Positions 56,455 through 64,000 of a stretch of DNA of 64,000 nucleotides are shown piece by piece; within the stretch, counting starts at the first letter, position 1; the number at the start of each line of letters is the position of its first letter. Source of the stretch: an uncultured Chloroflexia bacterium (GTDB lineage Bacteria; Chloroflexota; Limnocylindria; QHBO01); contig CAWDTM010000002.1 in assembly GCA_963805305.1 (NCBI GenBank), positions 389,346-453,345 of the forward strand, written 5' to 3'. Both the position numbers and the translations under genes were made by a program. Below the pieces are notes generated by a model. The model was not told the origin of the DNA. It ran no database searches and saw only the letters and a program-made list of their open reading frames with translations.

Positions 56455-57759
56455 ATGCCTCACCGCAGACTCGGAGTCCTGATAGCAATCGCCGCCTCTC
56501 TGCTCGTGGCAATCGCGGGGCCGGCGTCAGCCGCGTCGCCGAAGAGCGCCGAGCCGCAGCTCGTCGACGACGCCACGCTCAAGGCCATGTACACCACCCT
56601 GGGCGGCGCCGATGTCCTGCCCACCACGCGCACGATTCCCCATTGGTGGGGTTCGACCACTGACCCGAGCGACGGTGTCACGTATGGCTACAACATGGTC
56701 GGCGCCGACCCGACGAGCTGTTCCGGGGCCGCTTGCAGTGTGACTATTCAGGCAGACATCACGCCCATCATCGTCAACGTCGGCGGCTTGACCTTCAGTG
56801 GCAGCGACGTGCTGCAGGCCACGCTGGCTTCGCCGCAGTTCGCCACCAACGACTACGGGACCACCTCGGGCGCAACGGACACCGCGTTCGCCCGCGGCGC
56901 AGGCGGTGTGCTGTCGCAGGGCGATGCGGGCAACCAGCTCCAGCTGCAGGACGCGACGATGCGCGCCCAGTTCAATCGCACCGGCAACGACCCCTACCAC
57001 CTGGTTCTTCAGCCGAACGTGCTGCCGGCGGTCACCATCGACGTACCCTCGAACCAGGGCACCTTGCTGCAGAGCGGGCGCGGGGTGATCTTTGCCGACA
57101 TCAACATCAGCTGGTGGGCCGCCAAGATCCAGAACCTGGAATCTAAGGCCGAGGCGACCCATTTGCCGATCTACCTGACGAACAACGTGCTCCTACACAT
57201 CGGCAAGGACATTTTCAACTGCTGCGTGATCGGCTTCCACGGCACGCGTGCCGCGGGAAGCGGTGAGGGCAACACCAACAGCAAGGGCAACGCGTCAGTC
57301 CAGACCTTCGCCTGGGCCAGCTGGGTGCAGCCGGGAATCTACGCTCGCTCCAGCGGCGGAACCAACTGGGCCCTGCAGGATATCCACGCGCTGAGCCACG
57401 AGATTGCCGAATGGGCGGATGACCCGTTCGTGAACAACTACGTCGAGCCCTGGGTGACCCCCACGGCGCCCCAGTATGGCTGCACCGGCATCCTAGAAAC
57501 GGGTGATCCGGTGGTGGCGATTGGGTTTGCCATGGGCACCAACACGTTCCAGCAGGGCCCGAATCCGAACGGTTCAGCGACCAGCGCCGACGGGTCCTAC
57601 CACCCGGAGGACGAGGCGCTGTTGCCGTGGTTCATGCGAACCTCGCCGAACGACGTTTCAGAGCCGACCCAGTCGGCGAGCGCCAACATCGGACGCTACA
57701 CGTTCATGGGCGACCTGAACCCGTTCAGCGGGTTCCGCGCGCCAGCCACGGGCTGCTGA
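56455..57759 (+). CDS. Secreted hypothetical protein (signal peptide, Gly/Thr/Asn-rich)
   Basis: GGAAGG RBS. Signal peptide MPHRRLGVLIAIAASLLVAIAGPASA. 434 aa. No motif recognised with confidence. Confidence 0.5.
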   Translation: MPHRRLGVLIAIAASLLVAIAGPASAASPKSAEPQLVDDATLKAMYTTLGGADVLPTTRTIPHWWGSTTDPSDGVTYGYNMVGADPTSCSGAACSVTIQADITPIIVNVGGLTFSGSDVLQATLASPQFATNDYGTTSGATDTAFARGAGGVLSQGDAGNQLQLQDATMRAQFNRTGNDPYHLVLQPNVLPAVTIDVPSNQGTLLQSGRGVIFADINISWWAAKIQNLESKAEATHLPIYLTNNVLLHIGKDIFNCCVIGFHGTRAAGSGEGNTNSKGNASVQTFAWASWVQPGIYARSSGGTNWALQDIHALSHEIAEWADDPFVNNYVEPWVTPTAPQYGCTGILETGDPVVAIGFAMGTNTFQQGPNPNGSATSADGSYHPEDEALLPWFMRTSPNDVSEPTQSASANIGRYTFMGDLNPFSGFRAPATGC

Positions 57760-58059
57760 AGGCAGGCCGCCCACTCACCCACGACCAGCTGAGGGCCGGC
57801 TCTCGGGAGCCGGCCCTCAGGCATCTTCGACTGCGCCGCGATGACCGTCCCGCCGTTGGCGACCGCGGTGCCGTCGCGCACCACCCTGCTGCTGAAATCC
57901 TTGCCTCCGTACCCGGATAGCTGTAAACCCATGGCGAATCGGCAGAGAATCGGACCGTCACGCCAACCCGCCCTGGCTGCTGCCGTCGTCCGCGACCCTG
58001 CCCGACGAGAGCGGGCGCCGGTTGCCGGGCGCCCATCACAAGATTGGAGTGAGCGGTCC

Positions 58060-59964
58060 ATGTCCGAAATCGGAAGCCGATCCTTGACGCGCCTCGCCGC
58101 GATCGGTGCGACCCTGGCATTGCTGTCCGGGGTCCTGGTCCCGGCTGCGGCGCTGGCGCGGTCGCCTGCCGCGTCGAGCCACACCACGCTGCAGATCCAT
58201 CGCATGGGCGTCGCGCGCATGCCCGCCGCCGGAGCAACAACCAGCACGCCATCGGGCGCCCTGTCCCTCGAGGCTCGCCCCGCCGCGCAGCAGGACACCG
58301 ACGCCGAAACCTCGGGATCCAAGTCATCCGCACACGTCCCGTCCGCGCATGTTCCGCGCCCCGCGACCCTGCCGGTGCAGAGTGCGAGCTCCGGGTTTGC
58401 GGGGCTCAACCACTTCGACAACCGGACCGCCGGCACCGGCGCCTTCACGAACACCCAGTTCAGCCTCGAGCCGCCGGACCAGGGCATGTGCGTCAGTGAC
58501 AGCGGAACCATCGTCGAGACGGTGAACACCGTCGTGCGCGTCCGCAACACGAGCGGTGCCACCCTGACCGATCCCGTCGCGCTGAACCAGTTCTTCGGCC
58601 TGGCGCCCGAGATCGATCGGAACGCCGGCGCATTCGGCGACTTCACGAGTGATCCCAAGTGCTACTGGGATCCGGACACCGGTCACTGGTTCCTGAGCCT
58701 GCTGCAGATCGACGTCGACGCGCCGACGGGAGCCTTCCTGCCTCACGCACACCAGCTCCTGGCCGTCAGCCAGACAACGGACCCGACCGGTGCCTGGTAC
58801 CTCTACGAGTGGGACACGACCGACGACGGCACGAACGGCACGCCGTCCCATCCGAACTGCCCCTGCTTCGGTGACCAGCCCCTGCTCGGCGCCGATGCCA
58901 ACGGCATCTACATCACGACCAACGAGTTCCCGATCTTCGCCAACGGCTTCAACGGGGCGAACATCTATGCCCTGTCGAAGTCCGCGCTCGTGAGCGGGAG
59001 CCTGCCGCCGATCTTCCTGTTCAACGAGCCCACGCTGGCCGAGGGCCAGGCCTACTCGATCCAGCCGTCCACCACGGCACCGGGCGCGGCCTACGCCGGC
59101 AACGGCGACACCGAGTACTTCCTGTCGGCACTGGAGTTCACCGGCCGAACCGATAACCGCGTCGCGCTCTGGGCCATGACGAACACGAGCAACCTTGGCT
59201 CGGGCACGACGCCGACCATGGCTGATCCGGCGATCGTCACCGGGGTGACTTACGGCTTCCCGCCGACGGTTATCCAGAAGGACGGTCCCACACCCCTCAT
59301 GGACCTGCTGAACTACGCCCCGTACGGCGAAGCCGTCGGGCTGATCGCCAAGCCGGTCCACGAGCACCTGAGCCCCTTGAACTCGAATGACGACCGCATG
59401 AACCAGACCGTCTGGGACGGCACGCACATCTGGGGTGCCGTGAACACCGTGGTCAAGTCGCCCACCGGCGCAACCCGCGTGGGGATCGCGTACTTCGGCG
59501 TAAAGCCCGGCTGGAGCGGCGACACCCTGACCGGGAGCATGGAGGCCACCGGCTACGTGGCCGTGGCGAACAACTCGGTGATGTTCCCGTCCATCGCGGC
59601 CAACAGCAGCGGCAACGCAGCAATCGCGTTCACGCTGGCCGGACCGGACTACTACCCGAGCGCTGCGTACGTCACCCTCAGCGCGACCAGCGCACCATCG
59701 GCGGTCAAGGTCGCCAAGGCAGGCGACGGGCCGGCCGACGGGTTCACCGGCTACCGCAGCCAGGACCCGGTCGACAACGGGGTCGAGCGCTGGGGCGACT
59801 ACAGCGCAGCGGCCGCGACATCATCCGGGACGATCTGGATGGCCACCGAGACCGTCAACCAGGCCTGTGACCTCAGCACGTTCGTCAACACGAACTTCAC
59901 ATGCGGCAACACGCGGACCATCTACGCCAACTGGGGCACCTGGATCGCCAGCGTCACGCCGTAA
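58060..59964 (+). CDS. Large secreted hypothetical protein (signal peptide; beta-rich)
   Basis: GGAG RBS 11 nt upstream of ATG 58060. Signal peptide LTRLAAIGATLALLSGVLVPAAALA. 634 aa. Repeated G/T/N-rich beta-like segments. Confidence 0.5.
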   Translation: MSEIGSRSLTRLAAIGATLALLSGVLVPAAALARSPAASSHTTLQIHRMGVARMPAAGATTSTPSGALSLEARPAAQQDTDAETSGSKSSAHVPSAHVPRPATLPVQSASSGFAGLNHFDNRTAGTGAFTNTQFSLEPPDQGMCVSDSGTIVETVNTVVRVRNTSGATLTDPVALNQFFGLAPEIDRNAGAFGDFTSDPKCYWDPDTGHWFLSLLQIDVDAPTGAFLPHAHQLLAVSQTTDPTGAWYLYEWDTTDDGTNGTPSHPNCPCFGDQPLLGADANGIYITTNEFPIFANGFNGANIYALSKSALVSGSLPPIFLFNEPTLAEGQAYSIQPSTTAPGAAYAGNGDTEYFLSALEFTGRTDNRVALWAMTNTSNLGSGTTPTMADPAIVTGVTYGFPPTVIQKDGPTPLMDLLNYAPYGEAVGLIAKPVHEHLSPLNSNDDRMNQTVWDGTHIWGAVNTVVKSPTGATRVGIAYFGVKPGWSGDTLTGSMEATGYVAVANNSVMFPSIAANSSGNAAIAFTLAGPDYYPSAAYVTLSATSAPSAVKVAKAGDGPADGFTGYRSQDPVDNGVERWGDYSAAAATSSGTIWMATETVNQACDLSTFVNTNFTCGNTRTIYANWGTWIASVTP

Positions 59965-60076
59965 CCGACTGCTCGGTCCAGACCAGCAGCACCGATCGAG
60001 GCCGGCTCCTCCGAGGAGCCGGCCTCGTCGCATCCCCGGTCGAGAGTCCGTATCCCGGCGGTATCATCCGGCGGCG

Positions 60077-61264
60077 ATGGCCATCTATCTCGATCACGCG
60101 GCGACGACACCGGTGCGCCGCGAGGTGATCGACGCGATGCTGCCGTATCTGACCGAGCACTGGGGAAATCCGTCGAGCATTCATGGCTCGGGCCGTGCGG
60201 CGCGCCAGGGGCTCGACGAGGCGCGAGAGCGGATCGCCGAGATGATCGGCGCGAAGGCCCGCGAGATCGTCTTCACCTCCGGCGGCTCCGAATCGGACAA
60301 CCTGGCGATCAAGGGGGTGGCCTGGGCGGCATCGACGCGTGGCCGGCATCTCGTGACGACCGCTGTCGAGCACAAGGCGGTGCTGCAGACCTGCGCGCTC
60401 CTGGAACGCCACGGGTTCGAGACGACGATCCTGCCGGTGGATCCGCACGGAATGGTCGACCCGCAGGCGGTCGACGCGGCCATCACCGACAGGACCACGC
60501 TCGTCAGCGTGATGGCCGCCAACAACGAGGTGGGCACGGTCGAGCCGATTCGCGAGATCGGCAACGTTTGTCGGTCCCGGCGCGTCCTGTTCCACGTGGA
60601 TGCCATCCAGGCGGCCCCGATGCTGCCCATCGACGTCAACGCGTGGCAGGCGGACCTTGTCTCGCTGTCCGCTCACAAGCTCTATGGCCCCAGGGGGATC
60701 GGCGCGCTGTACGTGCGCCAGGGCACCGCGCTGGTGCCGCAGATCCAGGGAGGATCGCAGGAGCGGCAGCGCCGGGCGGGTACGGAGAACGTCGCGGCCG
60801 CGGTGGGGCTCGCCGAGGCGTTCGCGCTCGCGGCGCACGAGCCGGCGCGCGCCGCCGAGGCGAGACGCCTCGCCGGGCTGAGGGACGACCTTCTCGCCGG
60901 CCTGACGTCGATGGACGGGGTGCGCCTGACGGGGCATCCCACGCAGCGCCTGCCCAACAGCGCCAGCGTCCTGGTGGCCGGGGTCGAGGGCGGCGACCTG
61001 GTTGCCGCGCTGGACCTGGAGGGGATCGAGACATCCACCGGGTCGGCGTGCACAACCGGCAGCCTGGACCCGAGCCACGTGCTGCTGGCGATGGGTATCG
61101 AAGAGCAGGCGGCGCACGGCTCGCTGCGGCTGACCCTCGGCCGATCGACGACCGCCGAGGCGGTGTCCATCACCATCGCAGCCGTGGAACGATGCGTCGC
61201 GCGGCTGCGCAGCCAAGGCCCGGCGGACGGCGAGGGCGTGTCCGCGGGGCCACGCACGGCATGA
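60077..61264 (+). CDS. iscS: Cysteine desulfurase (NifS/IscS class-V aminotransferase)
   Basis: MAIYLDHAATTP start. PLP-lysine motif SLSAHKLYGPRGIGALYV. Active Cys loop STGSACT. Confidence 0.9.
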   Translation: MAIYLDHAATTPVRREVIDAMLPYLTEHWGNPSSIHGSGRAARQGLDEARERIAEMIGAKAREIVFTSGGSESDNLAIKGVAWAASTRGRHLVTTAVEHKAVLQTCALLERHGFETTILPVDPHGMVDPQAVDAAITDRTTLVSVMAANNEVGTVEPIREIGNVCRSRRVLFHVDAIQAAPMLPIDVNAWQADLVSLSAHKLYGPRGIGALYVRQGTALVPQIQGGSQERQRRAGTENVAAAVGLAEAFALAAHEPARAAEARRLAGLRDDLLAGLTSMDGVRLTGHPTQRLPNSASVLVAGVEGGDLVAALDLEGIETSTGSACTTGSLDPSHVLLAMGIEEQAAHGSLRLTLGRSTTAEAVSITIAAVERCVARLRSQGPADGEGVSAGPRTA

Positions 61265-61289
61265 CGCCACGCGCTAGAGTCGGACAGAC

Positions 61290-62738
61290 GTGCTAGCGCG
61301 GTTCTGGTCAGAGGTCCGGCGCTCGGCGGCGCTCTCAGCGGCGCTCTCCTTCGTCTTCCCCGGTCTTGGGCAGGGGGTGACCGGTGCCATCCTGCGCGGT
61401 GCACTCCTTGCCGGCCCGGCGGTCGTGCTCGTCGTTGGGGCTGCCTGGCTCCTGGGGCAGAGCAAGGTCCGGGTGCTTGGGCTCTTCCTGGACCCCGCGG
61501 TGGTGGGAGCCCTCCTGGTCCTCGACGCGGTCCTGCTCCTCTATCGGCTGGCCGCCATCCTCGACGCCTACCTCGTGAGTCGGCGGCTCCACCCGGCGAG
61601 CGGAACGTCGCGATCGCGCCGGGCCGTCTCGGTGGGGATCCTGGTGGCGCTGCTGCTGGCCACCGTGTCGATGCATGCCGCCGTCGGCGTGATGGGCTAC
61701 AAGACGTACGTCGCCGACTCGAAGTTCTTCGATCCCGCTGGCCCCGGAGGTGGCCAGGACGAGATACCCACCGCGGAGCCGACGCTGGGACCCAGCCTGA
61801 CGGCCGGCCCGTCGCCGACCCCGGTGCGGACACCCATGCCCGTTCCTCCGTGGAAGGCCGACGGTCGCCTCAGCCTGCTCCTGGTGGGCGGCGATGCCGG
61901 TCCGGGCCGATGGTCGCTGCGCACCGACACGATGCTGCTCCTCAGCGTCGACGTCGCGACGGCGCATGCCGCGATCTTTGGGATTCCCCGTAACCTGATC
62001 AACGTGCCGCTGGGTGCGCAGAGCGCGAAGGCGTTCGCGTGCGGGTGCTTCCCGGACCTGCTCAACGCCCTGTACGTGTACGCCGGGAAGCATCCTGACC
62101 TCTTCCCTGGGGGAACGGCGCGCGGGTACCTGGCCCTGCAGGCTGCCGTGGGTGCGCTCACCGGCGCGCAGATCGACGGCATGCTGGTGGTCGATCTCAA
62201 CGGGTTCGTCCGGCTCGTCGATGCCCTGGGCGGGATCGACATCAACGTCCCGTACGCCATCTACGACTCGCACTATCCCCTGGAGAACGGCAGCGGGGAT
62301 GTGGCGATCTCCGTCAGGGCCGGGCAGCAGCACATGAACGGTCACGTGGCACTCGAGTACGCGAGATCGCGCCACCAGGACGATGACTACCACCGCATGC
62401 AGCGCCAGCAGCTCGTGCTTCTCGCCCTGCGCCGCGCGGTGAAGCCGTGCGCGCTCGTCCCCCGACTCCCCGAGCTGATCGACATCGCCGGCGATTCGCT
62501 GTGGACCAACCTGGCGCCCAGGGACATGCCGGACCTGCTGGCCCTCGCGCAGCGAGTCGACACGTCCAAGGTTGCGCGCTTCGCCTTCGTGCCGCCCACC
62601 ATTCCCGAGTACCTCAATGCGATTGCGGTGGGCAAGGTGCACGCCATGGTCGCGAGCGCGTTCAGCAGCATCGCCACGCCGGTGCCCGGGCAGACGGCGA
62701 CCCCCGTCCCCACGGCAGGTCCCGACTCCGGCTGCTGA
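61290..62738 (+). CDS. LytR-CpsA-Psr (LCP) family cell-envelope phosphotransferase
   Basis: N-terminal TM region. LCP core …LLVGGDAGP…RTDTMLLLSVD…ALEYARSRH…. Confidence 0.8.
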   Translation: MLARFWSEVRRSAALSAALSFVFPGLGQGVTGAILRGALLAGPAVVLVVGAAWLLGQSKVRVLGLFLDPAVVGALLVLDAVLLLYRLAAILDAYLVSRRLHPASGTSRSRRAVSVGILVALLLATVSMHAAVGVMGYKTYVADSKFFDPAGPGGGQDEIPTAEPTLGPSLTAGPSPTPVRTPMPVPPWKADGRLSLLLVGGDAGPGRWSLRTDTMLLLSVDVATAHAAIFGIPRNLINVPLGAQSAKAFACGCFPDLLNALYVYAGKHPDLFPGGTARGYLALQAAVGALTGAQIDGMLVVDLNGFVRLVDALGGIDINVPYAIYDSHYPLENGSGDVAISVRAGQQHMNGHVALEYARSRHQDDDYHRMQRQQLVLLALRRAVKPCALVPRLPELIDIAGDSLWTNLAPRDMPDLLALAQRVDTSKVARFAFVPPTIPEYLNAIAVGKVHAMVASAFSSIATPVPGQTATPVPTAGPDSGC

Positions 62739-62772
62739 GCCCGAACGCCGGGCTCGCTATCATCGGCCGGGT

Positions 62773-63876
62773 ATGAGCCGGATCGTGGCCGCCATGAGCG
62801 GCGGAGTGGACTCCAGCGTCGCGGCGGCGCTACTCGCCCGCGACGCGGCCGAGCACGGCCAGGAGGTCGTGGGCGTCTGGATGCGCACGCATCCCGACGG
62901 CGGGGAAGGCTGGGAGAACCGACGATCCTGCTGCTCCCCGGACGCGGCGGACGACGCCCGCCGGGTGGCGCAGCTCCTGGGGATACCCTTCTTCATCCTC
63001 AACGTGGAACGCGCCTTCGGGGCAAGGGTGATCGACGCCTTCGCGGACGCGTACCTCGCAGGCGCGACCCCGAACCCCTGCCAGGCGTGCAACCAGTACA
63101 TCAAGTTCGACGAGCTCCTGCGCCGCGGGCTTGGCGCCTATGGCGCCACGGCGGTTGCCACCGGCCACTATGCGCGCATCGAGCGGCGCGACGGATCCTG
63201 GCGCCTGCTCCGCGCACGCGACGGCAACAAGGACCAGACCTACTTCCTGTGGGTGCTCAACCAGGAGCAGCTCGCCGCGACCCGCTTCCCGCTGGGTGAG
63301 ATGACCAAGCCGCAGGTGCGGGCCCTGGCCGTCGACCTGGCCCTTCCCACCGCGGACAAGCCGGAGTCGCAGGAGATCTGCTTCGTGCCGACCGGCGACT
63401 ATCGGTCGCTGCTCGCGGAGCGACGCGCGTACGCCGCGCAGCCCGGACCCATTGTCGACGAGGGCGGGAGCGTCGTGGGGCAGCACACGGGGTACGCGCA
63501 CTACACGGTCGGTCAGCGGCACGGGCTTGGCGTCGCGCTCGGCGAGGCGGTCTACGTGCGCGAGGTCCGCCCCGGGTCGAACACCATCGTCGTCGGGCGG
63601 CGCGGCGAGGTCGCCAGCCGCCGGTTCGAGGTCGACGGCCGCCGCTTCGTCGCGGGGCAACCCCCGTCAGAGCGCTTCAGCGCATCGGTTCGCATCCGGC
63701 ACCGCGCACCTGACGTGGCGTGCGAGGTGACGCTGGATGGGGAGGACCGCTTCGTGGTCGAGACCGCCGAGCCGGTCTGGGCACCTGCACCGGGCCAGGG
63801 GGCGGTTCTCTATGACGGGGAGGAATGCCTGGGCGGCGGAAGGATCGCCCGGCCGCGAACCGCCACGACGGGATGA
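62773..63876 (+). CDS. mnmA: tRNA-specific 2-thiouridylase
   Basis: PP-loop AAMSGGVDSSVAAALL. Catalytic Cys region (NPCQACNQYIKF). …DQTYFL… motif. Confidence 0.9.
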   Translation: MSRIVAAMSGGVDSSVAAALLARDAAEHGQEVVGVWMRTHPDGGEGWENRRSCCSPDAADDARRVAQLLGIPFFILNVERAFGARVIDAFADAYLAGATPNPCQACNQYIKFDELLRRGLGAYGATAVATGHYARIERRDGSWRLLRARDGNKDQTYFLWVLNQEQLAATRFPLGEMTKPQVRALAVDLALPTADKPESQEICFVPTGDYRSLLAERRAYAAQPGPIVDEGGSVVGQHTGYAHYTVGQRHGLGVALGEAVYVREVRPGSNTIVVGRRGEVASRRFEVDGRRFVAGQPPSERFSASVRIRHRAPDVACEVTLDGEDRFVVETAEPVWAPAPGQGAVLYDGEECLGGGRIARPRTATTG

Positions 63877-64000
63877 TCGCCTGGGTGCTCCTGGTGGTCC
63901 TGACGGCGGGCGTCAACCTGTTCGCGTTTCTCGCGCTCCGCGGACGCTGGGGCCCGGTCGTCCCGTTCCTGGCCCTCGCCGCGCTGATCGGCACCGTTGC

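Noticed and set aside
1-64000. CRISPR arrays, rRNA genes, IS elements/transposases
   Set aside because: I saw no regularly spaced direct repeats, no rRNA-like conserved stretches and no transposase/DDE motifs in any frame. Only the single tRNA and its 39-nt duplicate were seen.

Overview
This is a 64 kb window from a high-GC bacterial chromosome, roughly 70% GC. The encoded proteins look like a Gram-positive-type organism, Actinomycetota or Chloroflexota/Thermomicrobia-like, but I cannot place it more precisely from sequence alone. Coding is dense and mostly on the + strand. Many long antisense ORFs are Arg/Pro/Gly-rich artefacts of the GC content.

Recognisable housekeeping genes include murI, ychF, tilS, ftsH, a yifB/comM-dprA-topA-xerC block, murJ-murE plus a tandem FemAB-type gene, a bifunctional RelA/SpoT-type (p)ppGpp synthetase/hydrolase (rel), hisS-aspS, a cysteine desulfurase, an LCP protein, mnmA, and an NfeD-SPFH pair.

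Accessory content worth a second look:
- A single-polypeptide UvrD helicase with a Cas4-type PD-(D/E)XK Fe-S nuclease (AddAB/AdnAB-like).
- A MrfA/MrfB-like pair: a DEAD/DEAH helicase with DUF1998 and a DnaQ-type exonuclease.
- A roughly 2.5 kb lower-GC islet flanked by an intact tRNA(CAU) and a 39-nt duplicate of that tRNA's 5' half. It carries a DUF3024 gene and a nucleotidyltransferase plus wHTH pair (AbiE / type IV TA-like) and has no integrase.
- A tightly packed five-gene + strand operon: a DnaB-C-terminal-like RecA-fold ATPase, a J-domain protein, a HAD phosphatase, a 2H phosphoesterase (ThpR/LigT) and a LOG/TIGR00725 (SLOG) protein. The last three overlap translationally. This is my best candidate for an undescribed nucleotide-processing or conflict-type system.
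- An orphan TadE/TadE/TadG pseudopilin operon and two REC-CpaE/TadZ-like ATPases, none next to core tad genes.
- A secreted Ig-like plus CAP/SCP-domain protein inserted between dprA and topA.
- Two adjacent large secreted proteins of unknown function.

I found no CRISPR array, no rRNA and no transposase.
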